Assembly: GCA_965601925.1 (NCBI GenBank)
Contig: OZ271854.1
Span: forward strand, 896,001 to 960,000
From: Alkalispirochaeta sp.
GTDB taxonomy: Bacteria > Spirochaetota > Spirochaetia > DSM-27196 > Alkalispirochaetaceae
Direction: 5' to 3'
DNA length: 64,000 bases
The notes below the pieces were generated by a model that had not been told where the DNA came from, did not search any database, and was given only the letters and a program-made list of their open reading frames with translations. Every line of letters begins with the position of its first letter. Position 1 is the stretch's first letter. Both the position numbers and the translations under genes were made by a program. Positions 11,461 through 20,462 of the stretch are shown here, piece by piece.

Positions 11461-12477
11461 TTAGTTAATGCCGAAGATCTCTCCGTAGGTGGCGAGGATC
11501 TCTTCACGATTGCTCCGGAACACCTGCCAATCGGTCGTCAGAATGGCGATCTCGTCGGCCGGCGTCATGCCCTCCGGTAAGGCGACGTTGCGATTGACCG
11601 GCAGATAACCGCGTGCCGAGAGCTGGAGTTGCCCCGGTACACTCAAAAGGTAGTTGATGAACGCTTCCGCCAACACCGGATTATCCGTCGTCGACAGCGC
11701 GGCGACGGGCGTCGGTACGTAGAGTGATCCCTCCTCCTGGTAGACGTATCCGACCGGTGCGCCTTGAGCCATCTGGGCACGGGCCATGAAATCGATCGTC
11801 AACCCGAGGGCGAACTCTCCGGTTGCGATTCGATTGGCGACACCACCGTTACCTCCACCGACCACCGCACCGTTGGCGGCCAGCGCCTCGTAGAACTCCC
11901 ACCCGAACCGGTCGTCGTTGGAGAGGGTCGCCGCCTGAGTCAGTGTGGCGCCGGAGGTAAAGGGAGAGGCTGAACCGACGCGCCCGCTCCAGCGCGCATC
12001 GGTGAGATCGGCCCATCCGGACGCTCCGTCGGGAACAATATTGGTGTTATACGCGACGACTTGATAGATTAAGCGCGCCTCGTATGCCATTCCGTCGAAG
12101 TACACGTACTGCTCGGGAATATTCGCCGCCTCGGAAGGGGCTATCTGCAGAAGGTCGCCGGCGGCGGCGAAGTCCTCAAACAGCGCCATATCGGCAAACC
12201 AGATCACGTCGGCGGAGGGCGAACCGGCCTCCATTTCCGCCGAAAGGCGAGCGACCAGCTCGGTCGTTCCGAGACGAAAAATCTCGACCTGGGTACCGGG
12301 GTTGAGCCGCTCGAACTGATTGACATAGAGCTGCACGTCGGTGAGCGTCTCGGACGTGAAGAGCGTGATGGTGCCCGCCGGACCGTCGGCGGAAGCCGCT
12401 TCCTCCGCTCCTCCGCCGGCGAAAGTCAAACCGACGACCAATACGAACACAAGCAAGGTGAAAAAATTTCTGATCAT
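11461..12477 (-). CDS. ABC substrate-binding protein (FbpA/AfuA-like fold)
   Basis: Signal peptide ending FAGGG, ADVIW, YNTN and AEAFINYLLS..GQ; SD GGAGG. Confidence 0.88.
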   Translation of the reverse strand: MIRNFFTLLVFVLVVGLTFAGGGAEEAASADGPAGTITLFTSETLTDVQLYVNQFERLNPGTQVEIFRLGTTELVARLSAEMEAGSPSADVIWFADMALFEDFAAAGDLLQIAPSEAANIPEQYVYFDGMAYEARLIYQVVAYNTNIVPDGASGWADLTDARWSGRVGSASPFTSGATLTQAATLSNDDRFGWEFYEALAANGAVVGGGNGGVANRIATGEFALGLTIDFMARAQMAQGAPVGYVYQEEGSLYVPTPVAALSTTDNPVLAEAFINYLLSVPGQLQLSARGYLPVNRNVALPEGMTPADEIAILTTDWQVFRSNREEILATYGEIFGIN

Positions 12478-12684
12478 GAAAGATCCTCCAGGAGTGTATG
12501 AAGTAGAGCCTAAAGTCGATACAAACGGTTAGAATCGTGTTACACATCCGTAAGAATGCGGTTAATCGACACGTCGTCACATCAAGAATGATCGCGGACG
12601 TCCCGTGTGCCGTTCGGCCCTGGAGATTTTTTGTTTGCCACGCACGTATGCGAAAAAGTGTGTGCATCCGGTCGGATCAGGTAC

Positions 12685-12697
12685 TATACTGCCGATA
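12685..12697 (+). promoter_or_regulatory. -10 box immediately upstream of the GDH start (probable leaderless mRNA)
   Basis: TATACT at 12685-12690, 6 nt, then ATG at 12697; no SD visible. Confidence 0.5.
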
Positions 12698-15576
12698 TGA
12701 TACAACTCGACGAAGTCGCGCCGGCTACACATCTCTCTGCTGATGATCTCGACTACCTGGCCGATTTTCTTCTCTCGACCGGCTCTCTAACGCCGGAGGC
12801 GGTGCGGGAAAACATCGTATGGTTCGTCAGAGACTTGGGAATCGATGCGTATTATTTTCGCACCACACCCTTGGAAGAGTTGGGGCGCCATATCCTGGCG
12901 TTGGCCTCCTCGGAGATGGTGGCACGCCACGGTGGTGACGGCGTCGCCGTTCAACTAATTAGCGAGCAGAGTCACAAAGCGATCTACATTGTCGAGGATC
13001 GTGCCGAGCGCATCCGCGAGGTAGAACTGCGCATCGAAAAGCGCTATGCACGATTTCGTTTGGAGAGTTATCTCACCGGAACGCTCCAGGGAGGCGGTGT
13101 GCTCCGCTTCTATATCGCCACACGCCCCGAGTATCCCGATCCCGCAACTACCGCGATACGTGAGGACGCCCGTCGCTCCGACGGCCGCGAGCCGTTCCCG
13201 CTATGCGCTACGACGAGCTTCTTGGAGCGATCATTACCGGCCACAATCGAACGCTACCGTTCCATCTGGAACGATCTTAACGGTCACTTGGCGCCGATCG
13301 TCCATATCTCGGAGAAACGGGACAGTGAAGAGATGCGTATCATGGTCGGACTCCACGGCGCCAAGAGCCGTAGAATCCTCACTTCATTTTCGCAACTCTT
13401 CGACAATATGCGGATTCTCGTTCGTCGGCGCTACATCGAGCCGTTCAACGACAACAAGTACGTCCTTACGTTCTATACGCCGCCGGTCGCCGACGATCGG
13501 GTGGAGACGTTGCGGCGCGAGTTGAACGCCGTGGCGATGCTTCCTCAAAATCCCATCACGGCGCTCTTCTCCGGGGAGCGTATGTCGGCACAACAGACGA
13601 TGTACGCCATCGCGGCGGCGGCGTTTACCCACCAGTTCGTGTCGGAGTTCTCCGAGGGATACCATCTGCTTCAGGAAGCGGTGGCGTCCAATCCCGAGGC
13701 GCTCGGCATTCTGGACGCGATGCGGTCGAACATGACCAAGAATACGTTTTCGACGGCGCGGATCGCCAACACGGTGCTCTCTCACCCCGACGTCGTAGCG
13801 CTCCTCTACCGACACTTCTGCGCGACCGGCGATGAGCGCGAACGTGCGGCGGTCGCAATCGAGGAGGCGCTTAAACGGGATGTGCCGTACCACCGCGACA
13901 GGACGATTCTCGATTACTTCAGGCGCTTTAACGAATCGGTGAAGCGCACCAACTTCTTCGTGCACGACGCGGCGGCGCTCGTGTTTCGGATGGGGAGCGG
14001 ATTTCTCGACTCTCAGGACTACGCCGAGGAGCCGTTCGGCATCTTCTTTCTCGTCGGTCGCGAGTTCAGCGGGTTTCACGTACGATTCCGCGATATCGCG
14101 CGCGGAGGCATACGTATCGTTCGCAGTCGCACCGCCGATGCGTGGGGACGCAACGTCGATACGATCTTCCAGGAAAACTACAACCTGGCGGCGACCCAGC
14201 AACGAAAGAACAAAGATATTCCGGAGGGTGGGAGCAAGGGCATCGTCCTGTTGAGCCCGGAGTTCGGAGAGGATACCGAGGCCACCGACGGCGCATTTCG
14301 CGGTTATGCGGACGCCCTCATCGATCTCATGGTGCAACCGTCGGACTCCCCGGAGGTTCTCTTTCTCGGCCCCGACGAAGGCTCGGCGGGACTGATGGAT
14401 TGGGCGGCGCTCCACGCAAAGAAACGGGGCTATCCGTTCTGGAAAAGTTTCACGACCGGGAAGTCGCTCGCCTTGGGCGGCATCCCCCACGACCGCTACG
14501 GTATGACGACCAGAAGCGTCCATACCTTCGCCACCGCCGTGCTGGAGAAACTGGGCCTCGAGGAAGAGTCAATTCGCAAAGTGCAGACCGGCGGCCCGGA
14601 CGGCGACCTCGGAAGCAACGAGATTCTTATCTCACGCGACAAGACCGTCGCGATCGTCGACGGGAGCGGCGTGCTGTACGATCCGGAAGGAATCGATCGC
14701 GACGAACTGGTTCGTCTCGCGCGGTCACGTCGAGCGGTCGCGGCATTTCCGCGCGATCGCTTGAGCGCCCACGGGTTCTTCGTCGGTGTGGACGATCGCG
14801 ATGTCACCCTTCCCGACGGCAGCGTTCAGGCCAACGGTGAGCAATTTCGCAATAAGTTCCATCTCAGCCGCTACATGGACGCCGAACTCTTTGTGCCGTG
14901 CGGCGGCCGCCCCGGAGCGATCACCATCGCAAACTGGAAGGCGCTGTTCCACGAAGATGGTACACCGCGCATCCGCGCATTGGTAGAGGGAGCCAACCTA
15001 TTCGTAACTCAGGAGGCGCGGATCCGTCTGGAGGAGCGCGGCGTGATCGTGCTCAAGGACGCGTCGACCAATAAGGGCGGCGTGACAAGCTCGTCTCTGG
15101 AGGTCTACGCGGGCCTCGCAATGAACGATGAGGAGTTTGAGCACCATATGTGCGTGGACGCGGACTCGGAAGACGAGTCGCCGTTCCGCACGGCGTACGT
15201 TGCGGCGATCATCGAGCGAGTAGAGATCAACGCGCGCGCCGAGTTTGACGTGATGTGGGCCGAAAGGGAGCGTAGCGGGCGACCATTGACGCACATCTCG
15301 GATGAGGTGAGTGCGCGTATCAATCGTATCACCGACGCGATCGGGCGCTCCGATCTGTTGCGAAACGCCGCGATTCGTCGCGCGGTCATCGCGGAGTACA
15401 CGCCGAAGCCGATGTTGGAGCTCGTCGGTTTGGAACGGATCATAGAACGCGTTCCGCAGTCGTACCTCGACGCTATCGTCGCCAGTCGAATCGCCTCGCG
15501 ATTCGTGTACGATCGCGGCCTACGATCCACGGAAGTGGACTTCGCGATGTACGTCGAAGAACTCGGGCGCACGTAG
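12697..15576 (+). CDS. Large NAD-specific glutamate dehydrogenase (~960 aa, Gdh2-like)
   Basis: ARGGIR, KNKDIPEGGSKG, GPDEG, TTGK..LGG..HD.YGMT, QTGGPDGDLGSN, EGANL and NKGGVTSSSLEV. Start placed at ATG 12697. Confidence 0.9.
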   Translation: MIQLDEVAPATHLSADDLDYLADFLLSTGSLTPEAVRENIVWFVRDLGIDAYYFRTTPLEELGRHILALASSEMVARHGGDGVAVQLISEQSHKAIYIVEDRAERIREVELRIEKRYARFRLESYLTGTLQGGGVLRFYIATRPEYPDPATTAIREDARRSDGREPFPLCATTSFLERSLPATIERYRSIWNDLNGHLAPIVHISEKRDSEEMRIMVGLHGAKSRRILTSFSQLFDNMRILVRRRYIEPFNDNKYVLTFYTPPVADDRVETLRRELNAVAMLPQNPITALFSGERMSAQQTMYAIAAAAFTHQFVSEFSEGYHLLQEAVASNPEALGILDAMRSNMTKNTFSTARIANTVLSHPDVVALLYRHFCATGDERERAAVAIEEALKRDVPYHRDRTILDYFRRFNESVKRTNFFVHDAAALVFRMGSGFLDSQDYAEEPFGIFFLVGREFSGFHVRFRDIARGGIRIVRSRTADAWGRNVDTIFQENYNLAATQQRKNKDIPEGGSKGIVLLSPEFGEDTEATDGAFRGYADALIDLMVQPSDSPEVLFLGPDEGSAGLMDWAALHAKKRGYPFWKSFTTGKSLALGGIPHDRYGMTTRSVHTFATAVLEKLGLEEESIRKVQTGGPDGDLGSNEILISRDKTVAIVDGSGVLYDPEGIDRDELVRLARSRRAVAAFPRDRLSAHGFFVGVDDRDVTLPDGSVQANGEQFRNKFHLSRYMDAELFVPCGGRPGAITIANWKALFHEDGTPRIRALVEGANLFVTQEARIRLEERGVIVLKDASTNKGGVTSSSLEVYAGLAMNDEEFEHHMCVDADSEDESPFRTAYVAAIIERVEINARAEFDVMWAERERSGRPLTHISDEVSARINRITDAIGRSDLLRNAAIRRAVIAEYTPKPMLELVGLERIIERVPQSYLDAIVASRIASRFVYDRGLRSTEVDFAMYVEELGRT

Positions 15577-15697
15577 TACGCCGGTCCGACAACGCCTGCG
15601 GACTCGGCCGCGTCGCAGAATGCTTCGCGGCAGACCGTTGCGCTATGCTCTATCGAACACACGACGCGCCGGTTCGTCCGTCCGATTGCGCCGTCGA

Positions 15698-17302
15698 CTA
15701 GCGGCGCGCGACTCCCAGCGGCCCGATGTGGCGCTCGAAGTGGTCGACGAGGAGCTGCGCATACTCCTCTTCGTAACGAAAGAGCGCGTCGTACAGCGCC
15801 GCCGCGAGTTCGCGATTCTGCAGGATACCGCCGTAGGAGATATGCAGCATTTGCCGCGCGTTGGCGTCGTCCAAATATGCGGGAAGGTCGGCATCGTCGA
15901 CCGAGTCGGGCGGTGTGATTGCGTCGAAATCGGCGGTAATGTGATAGAAACGCAACGCCGTCGGATAGTATTGCAATACGAACCGGTGAATCCGGCGGTA
16001 GAGCGCCGGATCGTGAACCGCGATCGTCCGGAGAGCCTCCAGCCAACTCGTACCCGACGTCTTGAGATGCAGCCGAAGTCCCGTTTCCCGTCCGACGATC
16101 GGGTAGACGGCAAACTTATCGCTTCCTGAGTGGACCGAAATTTTGTAGTTGCCGTAGGAGCGCGCGATCAGGCAGTGCACGCGAAACTGCCGCTCGAACT
16201 CGGCCACATCGCCGATGTAATCCACCGCCTTTTGAAAGTCGCCGATAAACCGTGGCGCAAGGCTGTTCACCAGAACGCCGCGGTGTTGCAGCTCCCGGGC
16301 GATGAACAGATGGTGGGCGGGAAGCGTCGGCGTGGTCGTCTCGTCGATCGAGATTTCCAGATCGTACGCTCCATCGGTAGCGCGATCTAGATGGTCGTTG
16401 ACCCGGCTGCTGAAGGTTAACGCCGGCCCGTACATGACCGCGCATCGCCGAGCGTCGGCGGTGGTAAAATGAATCTCCACCTTGTTGCCGTCGCCGTCGG
16501 TACCGACGGCGAACGTCTGCCCCACGTACTCATGATCGACCCTATCTCGAAAGGCGTCCTCAAGCTCACCGAATGCGCTCAATACTTCGGCGTCGCTCCA
16601 CTGTGCCACCTCCGGGCGCATGACCTCGGTGAGGTCGAGGGTAATCATCGGCATCGAGGAGCTGAGTGCGATATCGATGGAGGAGACATTCTTGAGATGG
16701 TCCCCGTCGGCGCCGTACCCGTCGCGATATCCCTCCTGAAAGACACCCCACGTCGCGTTGGCAACGACATCGTCGAACGTGCGGCCGATGAAGTCGTTTT
16801 CCCGCACGCTCTGCTGGGCGAGCACCGGCGCCGCATCGAACTGGCGAACGGCGCGAATGTGGCCGGGAGTCGCAACGCCGACGCGGTCACCCATTCCGAT
16901 CGTAGTACGACGCTCTCTAAGTGAGGTTGGTGCGGTCCACGGAAAGAGCGCGTGAAGCGCGACGGCGTTCTTTTGGGTAAGCTCGGCGGTGGCGACCCAC
17001 GGGGAGTGCTTGGAGACCTCAGCGAGATCGAGCGCACCTACCGCGTCGTGGGCTTTACCGTGTCGAGCGGCGACGAAGAGGTGTCGAGTGCCGGAACCGG
17101 CGGACTCCTCGGAATCGAAACGCACCATACCGAAGAGCGCTCCTTCGTGCCACGTCAGGCTTCGGAGATATATGCGAACCGCACCCGAACCGATACTCGG
17201 ACTCTCAGAGAGGGCCAGACCGGCCAGGCGTCGGTGAAGTCCCTCCTGTATCGCGTCGTCCAAAAGTCCTTCTCTCTCTATCAATGTTACCAGCATATCC
17301 AT
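15698..17302 (-). CDS. uxaE: Tagaturonate/fructuronate epimerase
   Basis: GMGDRVG, AQQSVRE, GADGDHLK, EISIDE, SVHSGSDKF and HLKTSGTSWLEALR; directly downstream of uxaC. Confidence 0.9.
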   Translation of the reverse strand: MDMLVTLIEREGLLDDAIQEGLHRRLAGLALSESPSIGSGAVRIYLRSLTWHEGALFGMVRFDSEESAGSGTRHLFVAARHGKAHDAVGALDLAEVSKHSPWVATAELTQKNAVALHALFPWTAPTSLRERRTTIGMGDRVGVATPGHIRAVRQFDAAPVLAQQSVRENDFIGRTFDDVVANATWGVFQEGYRDGYGADGDHLKNVSSIDIALSSSMPMITLDLTEVMRPEVAQWSDAEVLSAFGELEDAFRDRVDHEYVGQTFAVGTDGDGNKVEIHFTTADARRCAVMYGPALTFSSRVNDHLDRATDGAYDLEISIDETTTPTLPAHHLFIARELQHRGVLVNSLAPRFIGDFQKAVDYIGDVAEFERQFRVHCLIARSYGNYKISVHSGSDKFAVYPIVGRETGLRLHLKTSGTSWLEALRTIAVHDPALYRRIHRFVLQYYPTALRFYHITADFDAITPPDSVDDADLPAYLDDANARQMLHISYGGILQNRELAAALYDALFRYEEEYAQLLVDHFERHIGPLGVARR

Positions 17303-17305
17303 GCT

Positions 17306-18748
17306 TTACTCCTTGGATACCTCCCGCGGAACCTCATCGATACCGAAGTAGTCATGTGCGTTGTACCACGAGATATTCTGAATCATACCGCCGAGGAGTT
17401 CGAAATCACGGGGCGCCTCGCCGGCATCCACCCACCCTCCGATGAGGTCGGCGAGGATACGCCTGAAGTACTCATGACGAGGGAAGGAGAGAAAACTTCG
17501 GCTGTCGGTCAGCATTCCGACAAAGCGACTTAACAGACCCTGGTTGGCAAGACTCGTCATCTGCCGGATCATCCCGTCCTTTTGGTCGTTGAACCACCAT
17601 CCCGATCCGTGTTGCATCTTCCCGGCCACCGAACCGTCCTGAAAGTTACCGATCATCGTCGCGAGAAGCTCGTTGTCCCGAGCGTTGAGCCCGTACAAAA
17701 TCGTCTTCGGCAGTTTCCCGTCCCGTTCGAGTCGATCGAGAAATCCGGCGAGGGGGGCGGCGACCTCCCCGTCGACAATCGAGTCGAACCCGCTGTCGGG
17801 GCCCAGGGCACGAAGCATTCTGGTGTTGGTGTTGCGCAGTGCGCCGATGTGAATTTGCAATACCCAGTCGCGCTCCGCATACTCCCGGCACACAAAGTCC
17901 AACACGGCGGTGGTGAACGCCGCGGTATCCTCGTCGGTAACGCGACCGCCTGAAAGCACGGTGGAGAGTATTCCGTTGAGCAAGCCCTCGGTGTAGTCGG
18001 TGTTCACCGGTAGGACCAGAGCGTGGTCGCTGACCCGACATCCCGCCGCGGCAAAATAATCGATACGACGTCGCAGCGCCTCGCGAAGATCGTCGAAGGT
18101 TTCTATCGCTCCCAGTCCGGCGGCCTCCGCGAGCCGCCCGATCCAACTCCGATACGCGCCGGGATCCCGAATCATGAACGCTTTATCAGGGCGAAAACTG
18201 GGTCGCACCACGACGGGGAACTCCGATTTGGGTAGTACCGCCAGCGCCTTGTGGTGAGAGAGGTCGTCGATCGGATCGTCGGTCGTCCCGATGTAACGCA
18301 CGTTCATCGCCGTTATGAGGCCCCGAACGGAAAAATCCGGCGAACCGATCCGACGATTGGCCTCCGTCCACACTGAATCGGCCGTTTGCGGATCGAGTAA
18401 CGAGTCGATGCCGAAGCAGCGCTGTAGCTCCAAATGCGTCCAGTGATACAGAGGGTTGCCGATCAGGTATGGAACGGTGGCCGCCCAAGAGTCGAACTTT
18501 TCCCGCCACGTCGCGTCTCCCGTAACGCGCGGCTCGGCGATACCGTTGGCGCGCATGGCACGCCACTTGTAGTGGTCGCCGCCGAGCCAGAGCTGTCCGA
18601 TGTTTTCAAACCGCACGTCGTCGGCGATCTCTCGAGGCGGCAGATGGCAATGGTAGTCGAAGATCGGCATATGGCGCGCGTAGTCGTGGTACAACCGCCG
18701 CGCCGCCTCACTGTGAAGCAGAAAGTCCTCATCGATAAACGGTTTCAT
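17306..18748 (-). CDS. uxaC: Glucuronate/galacturonate (uronate) isomerase
   Basis: FIDEDFLL, DYHCHL, GDHYKWRAMR, GNPLYHW, WWFND and GMLTDSRSFLSFPRHEYFRR. Start at ATG 18748 behind GGAGG. Confidence 0.96.
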   Translation of the reverse strand: MKPFIDEDFLLHSEAARRLYHDYARHMPIFDYHCHLPPREIADDVRFENIGQLWLGGDHYKWRAMRANGIAEPRVTGDATWREKFDSWAATVPYLIGNPLYHWTHLELQRCFGIDSLLDPQTADSVWTEANRRIGSPDFSVRGLITAMNVRYIGTTDDPIDDLSHHKALAVLPKSEFPVVVRPSFRPDKAFMIRDPGAYRSWIGRLAEAAGLGAIETFDDLREALRRRIDYFAAAGCRVSDHALVLPVNTDYTEGLLNGILSTVLSGGRVTDEDTAAFTTAVLDFVCREYAERDWVLQIHIGALRNTNTRMLRALGPDSGFDSIVDGEVAAPLAGFLDRLERDGKLPKTILYGLNARDNELLATMIGNFQDGSVAGKMQHGSGWWFNDQKDGMIRQMTSLANQGLLSRFVGMLTDSRSFLSFPRHEYFRRILADLIGGWVDAGEAPRDFELLGGMIQNISWYNAHDYFGIDEVPREVSKE

Positions 18749-18771
18749 GGTGCTGTCGTCCTCCACGCCGA

Positions 18772-19617
18772 TCAGATGTTGTCCACGAGATATCCGCCGT
18801 CGACGGGAATCGTAACGCCGGTGACGAATCCCGCCGCGGCGCGACTCGCCAAAAAGAGGGTCGCCCCCTCGATATCGGAGATCTCACCAAACCGTCCGAA
18901 GGGCGTACGATCGATAATCGCCCTACCACGCGCGGTGAGCTCTCCCGTCTCATCGTTCGCGACGAGGAGCGCACGATTCTGATACCCCAGAAAAAACCCG
19001 GGCGCTACGGCGTTCACCCGAATGCCGTGCGGCGCAAACTCGCGTGCCGCACCTTCGGTGAGGTTGAGAACGGCACTCTTCGAGGCGTTGTACGCCCACA
19101 CCCCGGAGAGCGCCTTGTAGCTCGTCATCGACGCCACGTTGATGACGCTACCCGGCACCGAACCGTCGATCCATCGTCGCGCACACGCCTTGAGAGGGAT
19201 CACGAGCCCGGCCAGAAGATTCATGGAAAGGACGTCGCTGAACGTGTCGATGTCGATATCGACGAACTCGCTCTTGCCGCGATTGCCGCCGACGCCGTTC
19301 ACGAGGATCGTCGGCATGCCGACGCGCGCCACCGTCTCGTCGAGGGCACTCGCGACGGCCGACTCGCTCCCGGTATCGACCGTGACCGCAACGACCCGCT
19401 CGTCCGATACGCCGGTCTCGGCGACGAGCGAGTCTGCGGCCTCTTGCACCGGATGATTGGCACCACGTCCCCAGAGCGCGACACGGGCCCCGGCACGGAC
19501 GAGCGTTCCGGCCATGGCCGAGGGCAGCACCCCGGCTCCACCGGTAACGACCGCGATCTCCCCTTCCAGTGAGAATAGTCGTTCCACGTACTCTCGATCA
19601 GCTTGCATATCAGTCAC
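18772..19617 (-). CDS. SDR oxidoreductase, probable D-mannonate oxidoreductase (fructuronate reductase, Bacillus UxuB-like)
   Basis: TGGAGVL, GGN, YNASK, RVNAVAPGFF...QNRALL...GELTARG..II..TPFGRFG; lies in the uxa operon. Confidence 0.8.
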   Translation of the reverse strand: MTDMQADREYVERLFSLEGEIAVVTGGAGVLPSAMAGTLVRAGARVALWGRGANHPVQEAADSLVAETGVSDERVVAVTVDTGSESAVASALDETVARVGMPTILVNGVGGNRGKSEFVDIDIDTFSDVLSMNLLAGLVIPLKACARRWIDGSVPGSVINVASMTSYKALSGVWAYNASKSAVLNLTEGAAREFAPHGIRVNAVAPGFFLGYQNRALLVANDETGELTARGRAIIDRTPFGRFGEISDIEGATLFLASRAAAGFVTGVTIPVDGGYLVDNI

Positions 19618-20388
19618 CTAATCCTCCTCGTATGGTGCGACACGAACGACGTGAAGCCCCGCCTCCTCCAGACGTCGACATTGGCTCGCGTCCCCGTCGG
19701 TTACGAGGACATCGATCTCCTCGGCGTCGGCAAACACACTGAATGCCTGGACACCGATCTTACTCCGGTCGACCAGGGCGATAGAGCTCCGCGCCGTGGC
19801 GATGACCGAGCGTTTGAACTGCGATTCGATATTGTTCTGCGATGAAAAGCGCCCGGACCGCGAGACGCCGGTGGCGCCGAGAAAGGCGTGATCGACCTGC
19901 ACGGAACGAATCGCGCTGTCGGCCCACGGTCCTATGAAACTCCCGGCGTCGTGGCGGTACGATCCACCGACGACGAACAGTGCAATTCCGGGCCGGTCGG
20001 CGAGATGGTTGAGCACCTGAAGACTGTTGGTCACCACACGCAGCTCCATACCGGCGACTTCGTCGGCGAGAGCCGCGCAAGTGCTCCCCGAGTCCAAATA
20101 GATCGTCTCGCCGTGATTTATCATCTTTCGCGCTTCGGCGGCGATGGCGCGCTTGGCCGCGGCGTGCGTTTCACTGCGTGCCGAGAGCGTCCAATGGGGC
20201 TCTACGCGCTCGGCGAGCACCGCTCCTCCGTGTGTTCGCTCCAGATAGCCCTGTTCCTCCAAGAATGCCAGATCTTTGCGAATCGTTACGTCGCTCACAT
20301 CGAGGCGCTCCGATAGCTCCGACACGCGAATCGCATCGCGCACGTTGAGGATCGATAGGATCGCCTGTCGTCGTTCGAAGGAGGCCAA
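19618..20388 (-). CDS. DeoR/GlpR-family transcriptional regulator
   Basis: ERRQAIL...VSDVTIRKDL..LE..G...RTHGGA and YLDSGST. Likely TTG start at 20388 after AAGGAAA. Confidence 0.92.
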   Translation of the reverse strand: MASFERRQAILSILNVRDAIRVSELSERLDVSDVTIRKDLAFLEEQGYLERTHGGAVLAERVEPHWTLSARSETHAAAKRAIAAEARKMINHGETIYLDSGSTCAALADEVAGMELRVVTNSLQVLNHLADRPGIALFVVGGSYRHDAGSFIGPWADSAIRSVQVDHAFLGATGVSRSGRFSSQNNIESQFKRSVIATARSSIALVDRSKIGVQAFSVFADAEEIDVLVTDGDASQCRRLEEAGLHVVRVAPYEED

Positions 20389-20462
20389 TACTTCCGTTTC
20401 CTTTTCAAAATCACAGTATACCGAAAGAAAAGTCGTGTCAAACTTTGTGGTATAATCATAAT
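20389..20462. promoter_or_regulatory. Back-to-back promoters (DeoR-uxa operon on -, two-component system on +)
   Basis: On -, TTGACA (20441-20436) and TATACT (20420-20415) with a short 15-nt spacer. On +, extended -10 TG-G-TATAAT (20448-20456) 6 nt before ATG 20463. TTTC/GAAAG repeats may be DeoR sites. Confidence 0.55.
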
